From positions 1 to 53,798 of the IMG/VR virus record IMGVR_UViG_3300031576_001304: DNA of 53,798 nucleotides. One strand, written 5' to 3'. The DNA comes from a virus (taxonomy: Duplodnaviria > Caudoviricetes). The position numbers were made by a program, and so were the translations under genes. This document shows positions 17,026-26,860 of the stretch, in pieces (position 1 is the stretch's first letter; the number at the start of each line of letters is the position of its first letter). Below the pieces are notes generated by a model. That model did not search any database and was not told where the DNA came from. It was given only the letters and a program-made list of their open reading frames with translations.

Positions 17026-17813
17026 GCGAGATCCAGGAGCGGCTGGAGGCCCTGAACGCGGCACTGGCCGGCGTTATGCCGTTCCGCCTGGCGCTGTTCG
17101 CGCCCGGCGACCTTACACTGCTGGAGAAGAACGCCCGGTTCATGCGGAACGACACCTTCGCGCAGCTCGTGTCGAACGTGAAGCGCGACGGCGCACTGGC
17201 GAGCGTCCCGCTGGTCTACGCGCCGCCCGGCGGGAAGCCCGTAGTGCTATCTGGCAATAACCGGGTCATGGCGGCCAAGTCAGCCGGGCTCGCTCAGATC
17301 CTGTGCCTGGTCGTCGACCGCGAGATGGACCCACAGGAGCTTGTGTCCGTGCAGCTCTCGCACAACTCCCTGGTGGGGCAGGACGATCTCCCGACCCTGA
17401 AGGAACTGTACGACTCAATCGACGACCTGGCGCTGAAGGCCTACAGCGGCCTCGACGAGGATGTTCGCAGACAGCTTGAGGCGATCAAGTTCGAGGCAAT
17501 CGGGGAGCCGCGGCTCCTGTTCCGGAGGGTCACGTTCCTGTTTCTACCGGCCGAGGCGGACGAGATCCGCCGGCTGGTCAAGGAGGTTGAGAAAGCCCTC
17601 GATGACGAAGACGCCTTTCTGTTCCAACTGCGAGACTACGAGGAATTCTTCAACCTGGTCGCCGACTGTAAAGAGAAACTGAACATCAGGAACAGCGCCG
17701 TGGCTCTTCTGGAGTTGCTGCGTCGAGGCCGACAGACCTTGGGCGACGAGGCCGCGCCCGCCGGAGGAGAAGCAATGAAATGGCCCGCCCCTCCAAGCTC
17801 GACGAGCGACTGA
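17001..17813 (+). CDS. ParB/Srx N-terminal domain protein
   Basis: KNARFM...LVSNVKRDG...VLSGNNRVMAA...QLSHNSLVGQDD. Confidence 0.8.
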   Translation: MDDAVPTVGEIQERLEALNAALAGVMPFRLALFAPGDLTLLEKNARFMRNDTFAQLVSNVKRDGALASVPLVYAPPGGKPVVLSGNNRVMAAKSAGLAQILCLVVDREMDPQELVSVQLSHNSLVGQDDLPTLKELYDSIDDLALKAYSGLDEDVRRQLEAIKFEAIGEPRLLFRRVTFLFLPAEADEIRRLVKEVEKALDDEDAFLFQLRDYEEFFNLVADCKEKLNIRNSAVALLELLRRGRQTLGDEAAPAGGEAMKWPAPPSSTSD

Positions 17814-18286
17814 TACAGGAGTTTGTTCACCACGTTCGCCTGGGTACGGAGATCGACACTTGCTGCACGTTGGCCGGGATTGGACGCGAGACGTTCTACC
17901 GCTGGAAACGTCGAGTCGCCGCGGGCAAAGGCGACAACCTCCAGCGCAAACTATTCAGCGAGCTTGAACTCGCCATCGCAGACTACGAGGCGCTTCTTCA
18001 GCGCCTTATTCTCAAGGCCGGCGAGAAACAGTGGTATGCGCTGGCTTGGCTTGCCGAGAGGCGGTTCCCAAAGAAGTACGGCAGAAAACGGCCATACGCC
18101 GATGATCCTGACGGATCGCAGCAGCGCGTCGTGGGTGCCAGGTTCTCGCTGTTCGGTCAGCCCGCATGGGATACACCTACACGCCAACCCGATCCGGGCT
18201 CGTCTACGACCGATGGATTGACGGCTACAGACCGTACCCCGGCCAGCGACGATTCCACGAGCTCCGGTCCAGGTACAAGGGGCTGA
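17780..18286 (+). CDS. Terminase small subunit (HTH)
   Basis: MARPSKL...LAGIGRETFYRW...AWLAERRFPKKYGR; directly precedes TerL. Confidence 0.75.
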   Translation: MARPSKLDERLIQEFVHHVRLGTEIDTCCTLAGIGRETFYRWKRRVAAGKGDNLQRKLFSELELAIADYEALLQRLILKAGEKQWYALAWLAERRFPKKYGRKRPYADDPDGSQQRVVGARFSLFGQPAWDTPTRQPDPGSSTTDGLTATDRTPASDDSTSSGPGTRG

Positions 18287-19542
18287 GTGGACCAATCGGG
18301 ACCGGGAAGACCAAGGCTGCCTGCTACGAGGGGATCAAGCTCTCTTACGCGAACTCCGGTTGCGTCGGTCTGATCGGTGCACGGACGTACCGGATGCTGG
18401 CCGACGTCACGAAGCGGACGTTCCTGGAGATTCTCCGGGAAGAGCAGATACCTTACGACGACCGGCCGTCCGACAACAAGGTGACCTTGACCGAGCCGGG
18501 GTCCGAAGTCGTCTTCCGGTCCCTTGAGAACCCGGACTCGCTGCGTGGTCCGAACCTGGCATGGTTCGGGTGCGACGAGCTCAGCTACGCCAGCAAGGAC
18601 GCCTGGAGAGTGCTTGAGGGTCGCCTGAGAGAGCCGAAGGCGGTGTTGCTCTGCGGCTTCGGGGGGTGGACTCCGAAGGGCTTCAACTGGGTCTACGACA
18701 AGTTCGTCAGCCCAGAGAAGCCAGCCGGCTACGAAGCGGTGATTGCTTCGCCGGCCGAGAACCGGGCGATCCTCGACAAAGACCCGGACTTCTACGAGCG
18801 ACTGAAGGGCTCGTACGACGAGCGGTTCTACCGCCAGGAGGTCCTGGGTGAGTACCTGTCGCTTACGAGCGGTACCGCGTATTACGCCTTCGAACGTACG
18901 GGCAACTGCGCCGAGGTAGGGTTTGATCGGCGAGCGCCGCTCTGCTGGTCCATGGACTTCAACGTCAACCCGATGTGCTCCGTGCTGTCCCAGGTTGTCG
19001 ATGGCCGGGTGCTGGTTCTGGATGAGATCGTTCTGCCGGACTCCAACACACACGAGGCGTGCGAAGAGTTCCTGGTGCGCGCTGAGCAGTATCGCGTGAT
19101 CCTGCGTGGCGATCAGTTCGGCAGCGTTAAGCTGACCGTCCACGTCTACGGCGATGCCAGCGGGTCTTCTCGGAGCACCGCGGGCCGGTCTGACTGGCAG
19201 ATCGTGCGCGAGTTCTTCGGTCGGCACTCTGACAAGTTCCAGGCCGTGTTTCGCGTTACATCGTCGAATCCCATGGTGCGGGATCGTGTGAACGCGGTTA
19301 ACGCGATGCTTCGGAACTACGCCGGTAAACGGCGGCTGCTGGTCGGGACCAGGTGCAAGGAGTTAGTCCGGGATCTGGAGCGCGTCCTGTGGCGGCAAGA
19401 CACGAGCGGCAACGTGCTGTCACAGCTTGACAAGTCCGATCCGGCTCGAACCCACATATCGGACGGCTTGGGTTACATGATTGACCGCGAGTTCGGGCTG
19501 CGGGTTAAGGGCGGGCCGCGAACAGAAAGTTTGGGGGTGTGA
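18166..19542 (+). CDS. terL: Terminase large subunit
   Basis: Walker A GPIGTGKT, LRGPNL, Walker B WFGCDE, TPKG, nuclease SMDFN, GDASG, HISDGLGY. Confidence 0.93.
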   Translation: MGYTYTPTRSGLVYDRWIDGYRPYPGQRRFHELRSRYKGLSGPIGTGKTKAACYEGIKLSYANSGCVGLIGARTYRMLADVTKRTFLEILREEQIPYDDRPSDNKVTLTEPGSEVVFRSLENPDSLRGPNLAWFGCDELSYASKDAWRVLEGRLREPKAVLLCGFGGWTPKGFNWVYDKFVSPEKPAGYEAVIASPAENRAILDKDPDFYERLKGSYDERFYRQEVLGEYLSLTSGTAYYAFERTGNCAEVGFDRRAPLCWSMDFNVNPMCSVLSQVVDGRVLVLDEIVLPDSNTHEACEEFLVRAEQYRVILRGDQFGSVKLTVHVYGDASGSSRSTAGRSDWQIVREFFGRHSDKFQAVFRVTSSNPMVRDRVNAVNAMLRNYAGKRRLLVGTRCKELVRDLERVLWRQDTSGNVLSQLDKSDPARTHISDGLGYMIDREFGLRVKGGPRTESLGV

Positions 19543-19546
19543 GTCC

Positions 19547-20077
19547 ATGCAAGCGAAGTCACTTGGCAAAATCACGCCGAAAAACGGTAGCATCACCGGA
19601 GCCACAAACGCCACTCCCATCGTCATCACGTCAACGGCCCACGGCCTGGCGACCGGCGACTACGTGGATGTGTCTAGTGTCGGCGGAAACACTGCCGCAA
19701 ATGGCTTCTGGCCGATCACGGTCGTTGACGCAAACAGTTTCAGTCTGAACGGCTCGGTCGGGAACGGCGCGTACACGTCTGGCGGGACATTCATCCGCGT
19801 CGAGCGCATCACGACAGACGCCACGATCAAGGCTACCTCGATTCGCTTCCAGGTTGTGATAGGAGAAGCCGGACGCGCCTTCGTTGGTCTGGTCGGCATG
19901 AACAAGACCACCCATGCTGGCGTGCTGAAGCAGCTCTGGCCCACGGGTGGCGGTGGTGGAGTAGCGGACATGTTCGAGATCGACGACAGCGACGGCAACT
20001 CTCTAACCCTCGCCGACTTCTACGTTGCGGTGAACACCGCCTCCGAGGGCGTGATCGTGGCGTACATGCAACGGTGA
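19547..20077 (+). CDS. Probable virion protein with E1-FCCH-like beta-barrel module
   Basis: ITGATNATPIVITSTAHGL...GNGAYTSGG module shared with tail proteins. Confidence 0.7.
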   Translation: MQAKSLGKITPKNGSITGATNATPIVITSTAHGLATGDYVDVSSVGGNTAANGFWPITVVDANSFSLNGSVGNGAYTSGGTFIRVERITTDATIKATSIRFQVVIGEAGRAFVGLVGMNKTTHAGVLKQLWPTGGGGGVADMFEIDDSDGNSLTLADFYVAVNTASEGVIVAYMQR

Positions 20078-20081
20078 TATC

Positions 20082-20645
20082 ATGGCGGCGCAGTGCCCGG
20101 CAGTTCCAAGAGTCACTCCGATCTGGCCTAAGGCTACTCCGGCCATTTCGGTTGGCTACAAACGTCAGACTCGGTGGTGGCCGAGAGGCGAGTTGGCCGT
20201 CAACGCCTTGCCTGCCTGCACCCGGTGCGACGGTCGCGGCGAACTTCGATACTCGCGTCCGTGTAATTGCGTCGCCAGATACTCATTCCGTAAGTGCCTG
20301 GAGCGGTTCAGGGAGGCCGCCTGGTCTGTAGAGTCACCTGATCGCAAAATCTCCCGGATACGCCCCGGCAGGGGGTGGGGCAGGCCAAACGAGGAATACA
20401 GTGCCGATTTTCTGTTGGTGGCACGTCGTCACCTTGACGACACGCACTACCAGGTGTTCCTGTTGCACTTCATCATGGAACTGCCGTGGAGCGTCTGTTG
20501 CCAGAAGGTTCTCCTGAGCAGGGGCCGGTTCTTCCACGCCATTTACAAGATTGAGCAGCTCCTCGGGCGAGCGTTTTTCGATCTTCGTCCCTATCGGGTC
20601 TACCCTGTCTGGGATTACTTCGGCTCGTCGAGGCCCGTTTCGTGA
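20082..20645 (+). CDS. Zn-ribbon plus sigma4-like HTH protein, possible late-gene regulator
   Basis: CTRCDGRG...PCNC followed by a helical C-terminus (YQVFLLHF...FFHAIYKIE). Confidence 0.55.
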   Translation: MAAQCPAVPRVTPIWPKATPAISVGYKRQTRWWPRGELAVNALPACTRCDGRGELRYSRPCNCVARYSFRKCLERFREAAWSVESPDRKISRIRPGRGWGRPNEEYSADFLLVARRHLDDTHYQVFLLHFIMELPWSVCCQKVLLSRGRFFHAIYKIEQLLGRAFFDLRPYRVYPVWDYFGSSRPVS

Positions 20646-20899
20646 GCCACGTTCCGATTGTGCTCCAACTTGTCCTCTCAATCGGCGGGGCGGTGGCGGC
20701 CGTGTTATCCGCATTCTTGACCATGCGGGTCAAGCTGGAAATTGCGAGCCTGCGCGCGGATCTGGCCGAGCGCCGAGAGCGAGACCGAGAGGAGCTACGG
20801 AACTGGATCAACGGGTCGTTTCTTCGGTCAGCCGTTGCCGAGGCGCAACTTCAAGCCTTGGGGGAGCGCCTGAAAGCAGTGGAGGATTCCATTGCCTGA
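20642..20899 (+). CDS. Single-TM coiled-coil protein, possibly holin-like
   Basis: N-terminal TM helix followed by a charged coiled coil. Confidence 0.55.
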   Translation: MSHVPIVLQLVLSIGGAVAAVLSAFLTMRVKLEIASLRADLAERRERDREELRNWINGSFLRSAVAEAQLQALGERLKAVEDSIA

Positions 20900-22367
20900 T
20901 GTCTCTTTGCCCATCAATCAGCTCGACGCACGCCACCCGTCGCTCACCGAGGGCCTACTGGAAGCCTGGGACTCAATTGATCTTCTGGCGTCTGGCGGTC
21001 ACCAGATCAAGGCGGCGGCATCGCGCTTTCTCTGGAAGCGTGAAAAGGAACTGTCCGAGGTCTACCAGGCACGTCTGTCGGCCTTCACGTACCAGGACAT
21101 TCTCGGGACGGCGACCGGCTGGTATGAGGCCGCAATGTTTGCGGACGACCCGGATATATTCATCAAACCCGACACCGAAGAGTTCTACGTAGCTTTTCTC
21201 GAAAACTGCGACCGTGCCAGAACGAGCCTGGCGCACCTGTTCCGCAAGGTGTTCCTGGATCTTATGCGTTTCGGGTGCTCGTGGATTCTGACCGATCTGC
21301 CAAGGCCGGACGGGGCCCCCGTGACCTTGGCAGAGCAGAGGGCGGCGGGGGCGCTGGACCCGTACCTGGTGCTCTACGATCCGAGGCAAGTCATCAACTG
21401 GGACACGGACCAGCACGGCAACATCACATGGGTGGTTGCCGCTGCGTCTACCGAGCAGCGCGGCTTTGCCGCTGAGCCGGTTGTTGTGGATCGCTGGTAC
21501 TACTTCGACCGTAACGAGTACAGGGTGTACGAGGCGCGGCGCGAGAAGCGAGACGAGAAGGCGACAACAGCAACGCTGGTTGATTCCGGTCGTCATGCCC
21601 TGTCCCGTGTTGGCCGAGTCCCGCTACGCCGGCTGTGTGTGCCATCAGAATTGTGGATCGGCAACCGAGCTCTGTTGCCGGCCGTGGCGCACCTGAATTT
21701 ACAGAACGCTCACAACTGGGGGCTGCATCGGTCGTGCCTTCCGGTCTTGTACGTCAAGGGCGATTTCGAGCATCCGCCATCTATCTCGGAAGTGTCGTAC
21801 CTGCACATCTCGGAGAAAGGCGAGATCGGATACGTCGAGCCGTCCGGTTCCACCTATCAGGTTGCGGCTGATGAGATTGGCCGGCTCCGCGAGGAAACCT
21901 ACCGGCAGATGTACCTCCAGGCGCAGGGCCGTTCAACGGAGGCCACGCCTGCGGCGCAAAGCGGAGTGTCGAAGGAATTGGACATGGCGCCAGCCCGCGA
22001 CATCCTGAACGGGTTCGGCGACATCCTTCTGGCCGGAATGCGGCAGGTGCTCGAAGACGTAGCCGCCGCCCGCGGCGATAACCTGACGTTCGACCTGCGC
22101 GGGTTCACGTTCGACGATCAGAACGTGGACACCGAGATTCGGAGCGCCCAACACGCCCTGGACCTGGCCATTCCGAGCGAGACGCTGGAGCGCGAGATCC
22201 AAAAACGGGCGGCGCGTTGCTTGCTCAAAGATGCCCGGCCCGAGCTCGTCGAGAAAGTGGAGGCCGAGATCGACGGTGCATTGACACGCCGGGAGACACA
22301 GATTGAGGACGAGGAGCGCCAAGCAGGGCGGTTCCGGGAATCGCTCGGACAAGGGGTGAACGAATGA
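20892..22367 (+). CDS. Portal protein (DUF4055-like)
   Basis: Size and position; YQARL, WILTDLP, PYLVLY..QVINW, SGVSKELD. Confidence 0.85.
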   Translation: MPDVSLPINQLDARHPSLTEGLLEAWDSIDLLASGGHQIKAAASRFLWKREKELSEVYQARLSAFTYQDILGTATGWYEAAMFADDPDIFIKPDTEEFYVAFLENCDRARTSLAHLFRKVFLDLMRFGCSWILTDLPRPDGAPVTLAEQRAAGALDPYLVLYDPRQVINWDTDQHGNITWVVAAASTEQRGFAAEPVVVDRWYYFDRNEYRVYEARREKRDEKATTATLVDSGRHALSRVGRVPLRRLCVPSELWIGNRALLPAVAHLNLQNAHNWGLHRSCLPVLYVKGDFEHPPSISEVSYLHISEKGEIGYVEPSGSTYQVAADEIGRLREETYRQMYLQAQGRSTEATPAAQSGVSKELDMAPARDILNGFGDILLAGMRQVLEDVAAARGDNLTFDLRGFTFDDQNVDTEIRSAQHALDLAIPSETLEREIQKRAARCLLKDARPELVEKVEAEIDGALTRRETQIEDEERQAGRFRESLGQGVNE

Positions 22368-22525
22368 AAGAAGCAGTTCTGTTTCTATTGCGGTACGTCG
22401 AGAGGTTTGGTGATACGCCACACAGCGCACAGGCCACAAGGTTTCTCGATGGCTTGGCCTTGGATGAAGGGCAGCCGGAAGAACCAGTGAGGTTCGGCGC
22501 CGGGGAGATCGGACCAAATGCCTGA
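22364..22525 (+). CDS. Small hypothetical protein, 53 aa (MKEAVLFLLRY...)
   Basis: ATGA overlap with the portal stop; fills the gap to the scaffold gene. Confidence 0.45.
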   Translation: MKEAVLFLLRYVERFGDTPHSAQATRFLDGLALDEGQPEEPVRFGAGEIGPNA

Positions 22526-23165
22526 GCCCAACCAGGATGACAAAGCGGCGGCGGAAGCCGCGTCGCAGGCCGCCATTCTGAAACTCATCACCGACACGGT
22601 CGCCACGGCCATAGGTGCCGCCGAAAAGCGCTACGCCAAACAGATAAAGGCTATCGAAGACAAGCTGCCGTTGCCAACTTCTGCGCCAGCGCCGGATCCC
22701 GAGTCTGGCGACAAGACCAAGCCAGACCCGCAGACGGCCAAGCTACTCAAGCAGGTCGAGGCACTGACGACAAAGCTGGAGGCGACCGAGAAGGCGCGCG
22801 TCGACACTGAGCTCAAGGCCGAAGAGAAAGACCGGCACTCGCAGATCCGCAGCGCCCTGTCGCGGTTCCAGTTTGCCGGCGAACGGGCAGCCGAGGCCGC
22901 GTTCCTGATCTTCCGGGATCAGGTCCGCCGCTCCGATGACGGTTCTCTTGTCGGCGGCGATGATGCTCCACTCTCACAGTTCTTCGACGAGGCGATGAAG
23001 TCGCACGAGTACCTTCTGGCTCCAAAGCAGACCGGTGGAGCCGGAGCTGTCGGCGGGTCTTCATCGAGAAGCAAGAGCATCACACTTGATGAGATCAAGC
23101 CTGGTATGACCAAGGAGCAAGAGGCGGCCGCCGTTGCTTCGATCAGCCATGTGCTCGGACGTTAA
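22518..23165 (+). CDS. Capsid scaffolding protein
   Basis: Coiled coil with C-terminal YLL...GGAG motif; directly upstream of the capsid gene. Confidence 0.75.
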   Translation: MPEPNQDDKAAAEAASQAAILKLITDTVATAIGAAEKRYAKQIKAIEDKLPLPTSAPAPDPESGDKTKPDPQTAKLLKQVEALTTKLEATEKARVDTELKAEEKDRHSQIRSALSRFQFAGERAAEAAFLIFRDQVRRSDDGSLVGGDDAPLSQFFDEAMKSHEYLLAPKQTGGAGAVGGSSSRSKSITLDEIKPGMTKEQEAAAVASISHVLGR

Positions 23166-23190
23166 TTAAGGCGGCCAAAAGGAGAAACTC

Positions 23191-24090
23191 ATGGCGAATG
23201 AAATTACTTCCGCGAACGTCGCCCAGGCCATTGTCAAACTGGTCGCAGCGCGCGCGCTCCCCGCCCTTGTCAACAACCTGGTCATGGGCAACCTGGTCAA
23301 TCGGGACTTCGAGGCGACACTGGCGCAGGCCGGCGACACCGTGAACGTGCCGATTGCTCCGGCGATGACCGCCAACAACATCGCCGAGGCGGGAACGGTC
23401 ACAAACCAGAACCCAAGCTTGGGCAACGCGCAGATCGTGCTGAACACGCACGCCGAAGCGACGTTCCAGATTCCCGACGTGACAAAGATCCTGGCGCTCC
23501 CCGATCTGATGGCGATTTACATGCGCCCGGCGATCAACGCCTTGGCCGAGAAAGTCGAGGGTGACCTGCTCGGCTTGTACGCGAACCTGACGGCGAACGC
23601 GGCGGTCGGTACCGGCAATACGGCGCTGACCGAAGCCGTTATCGACAACGCGGAGACGGCCTTGTTCAAGGCCAAAGTTCCGGCGCCGGAACCAAAATTC
23701 CTGGTGCTGAGTTCGGACGCCTACGCACAGGTGCGTCAACTCGCGCGCTTCACCGAGTCGCAGACCCTCGGCAGTGGAGCCGCGATTGCCAGCGGCGCGG
23801 TCGGAACGCTGAAGGGCTTCAGCGTGTTCCGTTCTCAGGGGGTGAAGAAGGTTTCGACCACGACCTACAACCTGGCGTTCGCTCGTGACTCCTTTGGTTT
23901 GGTCATCCGGCGCCTGCCGCAGCCCCTTCCCGGAACTGGCGCCATCGCCGAGTATGCCGAAGAGGGCGGGTTTGGCGTGCGCGTCATCATGAGCTACCAG
24001 CCCAACACGTTGGCACAGCAGTTCACGGTGGACGTGCTTTATGGAGCCGCCGTGTTGCGTAACGTGTTCGGGGTCCAGGTTCTCAACTAG
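23191..24090 (+). CDS. Major capsid protein (HK97 fold, P22-coat-like)
   Basis: VNRDFE...GDTVNVP, VGTLKGF, VDVLYGA; strong RBS AAAAGGAG. Confidence 0.9.
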   Translation: MANEITSANVAQAIVKLVAARALPALVNNLVMGNLVNRDFEATLAQAGDTVNVPIAPAMTANNIAEAGTVTNQNPSLGNAQIVLNTHAEATFQIPDVTKILALPDLMAIYMRPAINALAEKVEGDLLGLYANLTANAAVGTGNTALTEAVIDNAETALFKAKVPAPEPKFLVLSSDAYAQVRQLARFTESQTLGSGAAIASGAVGTLKGFSVFRSQGVKKVSTTTYNLAFARDSFGLVIRRLPQPLPGTGAIAEYAEEGGFGVRVIMSYQPNTLAQQFTVDVLYGAAVLRNVFGVQVLN

Positions 24091-24105
24091 GCAGGGGGGC
24101 CCTCT

Positions 24106-24441
24106 GTGACCATATCTGAGTACTGGGCCGGCGTCCGCGAATCGGCCGTCGGCCTACCAGAAGAAACCTGGCTCATCTCGCTAGACAACAGGGAGAAAGG
24201 TTCCACGTCTGGTCGGGTCGTTCAAGCTACCCGCGACACGGCGGCGAAGCTCATCTTCGAGCGTACGCATCGTGTTGCAACCGAAAACGAGATCCGCGCG
24301 TACCTGTCCGAGCAGGAAAAGGTTCGCGAGGGGATCCTGGAGGCGGAATACCAGAGGAAGCAGCACTTCGCGCTTCCGAAGGAATTGGCCGGCTTGGTTG
24401 AGGCGGTGGTCCGCCAATCCCAGACCGAGAGAAAGAAATAG
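24106..24441 (+). CDS. Hypothetical protein
   Basis: ORF in the head module. Confidence 0.7.
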   Translation: MTISEYWAGVRESAVGLPEETWLISLDNREKGSTSGRVVQATRDTAAKLIFERTHRVATENEIRAYLSEQEKVREGILEAEYQRKQHFALPKELAGLVEAVVRQSQTERKK

Positions 24442-24456
24442 GGGCAAAAAAAACAA

Positions 24457-24819
24457 ATGGCTGCCATCACAGCGGTTCAAGCCAAGGTCACCAAGACTGC
24501 GGCTTTCAATGGAGCGAGTTTGGACATCTCCGGCATCACCGGCGATTGGACGCTGGTCCTCAAAGTGGACAAGCTTACCGCCGGCAAGAAGGCGCGGTTC
24601 ACGTTCGAGGATTCGGTCGATGCGTTCACCGCCAAGATCGCCGGCCCGTCGTTCAGCGTCAAGGGCGAGGTCGCACCCGAGGCGGACAGGACGTTCAGTG
24701 TCAAGAAGGCGGACTTCCCGTCGCTACGGTTCGGGACCGGTAGCGCCGTGCTGCGGTTGGCGTTGACCGAAATCGACGCGAGCTCGTCTGTCGATTACGA
24801 GGCTTGGCTGGAGCAGTAG
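24457..24819 (+). CDS. Probable virion beta-sandwich protein
   Basis: Beta-rich composition; position after the capsid gene. Confidence 0.7.
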   Translation: MAAITAVQAKVTKTAAFNGASLDISGITGDWTLVLKVDKLTAGKKARFTFEDSVDAFTAKIAGPSFSVKGEVAPEADRTFSVKKADFPSLRFGTGSAVLRLALTEIDASSSVDYEAWLEQ

Positions 24820-24823
24820 ACAC

Positions 24824-24850
24824 GGCGGGACGACAAATCCCGCCCAAAAA
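24824..24850. terminator. Hairpin, possible terminator
   Basis: GGCGGGA-N7-TCCCGCC followed by CAAAAA. Confidence 0.4.
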
Positions 24851-24859
24851 GCTCACACG

Positions 24860-25969
24860 ATGGCGCTTCAGTCTGTTACCGGGGCCTTCTACCCGGACTT
24901 CCCGAACCTGAACGTGACAATGGGAGCGGCGGCGTCCTCTTCTCTTCTTCTGGACGCCGCCGGCGAGAAGGTCGCCTTCATATTTCGTGCTCCCAAGACC
25001 GGCACGCTGAGTGCAGTTACGTTCTTGACTGGCACGGTTACCACCGGCCAGACAATGAAGGTGTCATTCCAGGACGTTAGCGCGGCGGACGGAAACCCGG
25101 ACGGAGTTGTCGATCAGTTTCGCACCGTTTCCATTGCAGATACGGATGATGACGTCGCAAAGACCACCGGGATTATATCCAGCGACGGAACTGACGGCGG
25201 CACCAAGAGGAGCGTGACCAAGGGTGATCTCCTCGCCGTAGTAGTCGAGTTCGATTCCACGCCGGGGAACCTCAATCTTAAATTGTGGCGCACGGTTTCG
25301 ACACAACAATACGATCTCCACCAATGCTACGTGCGCCACTTCACTGCATCATGGGCATCGGCGGGCGGGCTCCTGCCGGCATTCGCTGTCCAGTACGACG
25401 ACAGCAGCTACGGCTACATCGCCGGGTCAATGCCCGCTGTTACCGTGGGAGATGCGTCGGCATTCCTCGTTAACACCGGCTCAAACCCTGACGAAATATC
25501 GCTCCTTTTCTCGCTCCCGTTTCCTTGTAAAGCGGACGGCGTGCGATGCTCCCTGGACGCGGACGGGGACGCGGACGTGGTGCTGTACGATTCAGACGGC
25601 TCAACCGTTCTTGCGAGCGTGACGCTAGACAAGGACATCCGGGCGTCTACGTCGGCCGATGTTTGTGTTGTCCCGTTTTCAGCGGAGGTCAGCCTGGCGA
25701 AGGATACCAACTACCGCTTGGCGATCAAGCCAACCACCACAACAAATGTCGGCATACCCAGGATTACCTTCTTCAGTAACGCTGCAATGGCGCAGGCCGG
25801 TGGAGGCGTGAACATCAACTGGTCGCAGCGTGTCGACGCAGGTTCCTGGTCCAACAACAACACCATTCGACCCTGTATCTCGCTGCGCATATCCGCGCTC
25901 GATGATGGCGTGGGCGGTGGCGGTGGCCTGCTGGTGCACCCCGGCATGGCCGGTGGCATGAGGGGGTGA
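24860..25969 (+). CDS. Virion-associated beta-rich protein
   Basis: Ser/Thr/Gly-rich, 369 aa, in the structural module. Confidence 0.7.
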   Translation: MALQSVTGAFYPDFPNLNVTMGAAASSSLLLDAAGEKVAFIFRAPKTGTLSAVTFLTGTVTTGQTMKVSFQDVSAADGNPDGVVDQFRTVSIADTDDDVAKTTGIISSDGTDGGTKRSVTKGDLLAVVVEFDSTPGNLNLKLWRTVSTQQYDLHQCYVRHFTASWASAGGLLPAFAVQYDDSSYGYIAGSMPAVTVGDASAFLVNTGSNPDEISLLFSLPFPCKADGVRCSLDADGDADVVLYDSDGSTVLASVTLDKDIRASTSADVCVVPFSAEVSLAKDTNYRLAIKPTTTTNVGIPRITFFSNAAMAQAGGGVNINWSQRVDAGSWSNNNTIRPCISLRISALDDGVGGGGGLLVHPGMAGGMRG

Positions 25970-25970
25970 C

Positions 25971-26729
25971 GTGAAAGAGATCGTCAAGAAGGGGGCAACC
26001 TCTCATACGCTCCTGTTGTTCATTCAGGACAGTTCGTCTGCCACGGGAGCCGGCAAGACTGGGATTGTGTTCAATTCCGCTGGCCTGACTTGCTACTACG
26101 TGCGCCCGGCGGCTAACCCGGTAGCCGTGACCCTCGCCACGCAGACCGTTACTGGAGCGTACTCCTCGGGCGGGTTTGTCGAGATCGACGCAACGAACAT
26201 GCCAGGGTTCTACAGATTCGACATTCCAGATGCGGCCGTGGCTGCCGGGGCCTCAAAGGTGGGCGTCTTGTTCAAGGGCGCAACCAACATGGCTCCGCTG
26301 CCCCTGGAGATTCAGCTTGTGGACTTCGACCCGAACGACGCTGCCGGGCTTGGGTTGAGCCGTCTGGATGCGGCAATCACGACCCGCAGCTCGCACTCAG
26401 CCGCTGACGTGTGGACATCAGCGACACGAACGCTCACGGCGTTCGGGTTCTCTGTGACAGTCGGTACAAACAACGACAAGACCGGCTACTCTCTAACGGC
26501 GGCGGAAGAGACGGCCATCGCCGACGCACTCTTGAAGCGGGATATGTCTGTTGTGTCGGGCGAGGCTTCGCGTTCGCCGCTGAATGCCCTGAGAGCCTTG
26601 CGGAACAAGGCCAGCATCTCCGGAACCACTTTGACGGTGACCAAAGAGGATGATACGGCGTCTGCGTGGACGGCGACAATAACAACTGACGCCGCCGCGC
26701 AACCGATCACCGCGGTTGACCCGGCATGA
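25971..26729 (+). CDS. Virion-associated protein
   Basis: EIDATNMPGFYRFD, ADVWTSATRTLT and DKTGYSL patterns typical of phage structural accessory proteins. Confidence 0.7.
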   Translation: MKEIVKKGATSHTLLLFIQDSSSATGAGKTGIVFNSAGLTCYYVRPAANPVAVTLATQTVTGAYSSGGFVEIDATNMPGFYRFDIPDAAVAAGASKVGVLFKGATNMAPLPLEIQLVDFDPNDAAGLGLSRLDAAITTRSSHSAADVWTSATRTLTAFGFSVTVGTNNDKTGYSLTAAEETAIADALLKRDMSVVSGEASRSPLNALRALRNKASISGTTLTVTKEDDTASAWTATITTDAAAQPITAVDPA

Positions 26730-26860
26730 GGTTCTTCCGGTTCTTGTTCCGGTGGGGCAGCGTTCAAATTGTTGCCACATCGGAAGAGCGCACGGCGAGG
26801 GTGCCGGCCGAGTCGAGGGCTGCGTTCGTTTCCGTTGAATCGAGGACCGCGAAAGCATGA
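26726..26860 (+). CDS. Small hypothetical protein, 44 aa (MRFFRFLFRWG...)
   Basis: ATGA overlaps at both ends. Confidence 0.55.
   Translation: MRFFRFLFRWGSVQIVATSEERTARVPAESRAAFVSVESRTAKA

Noticed and set aside
18157-19227. Long antisense ORFs (e.g. 18157-19227, 34692-35726, 45950-47230, 47258-48289)
   Set aside because: Shadow frames of well-supported genes in high-GC DNA, with no motifs
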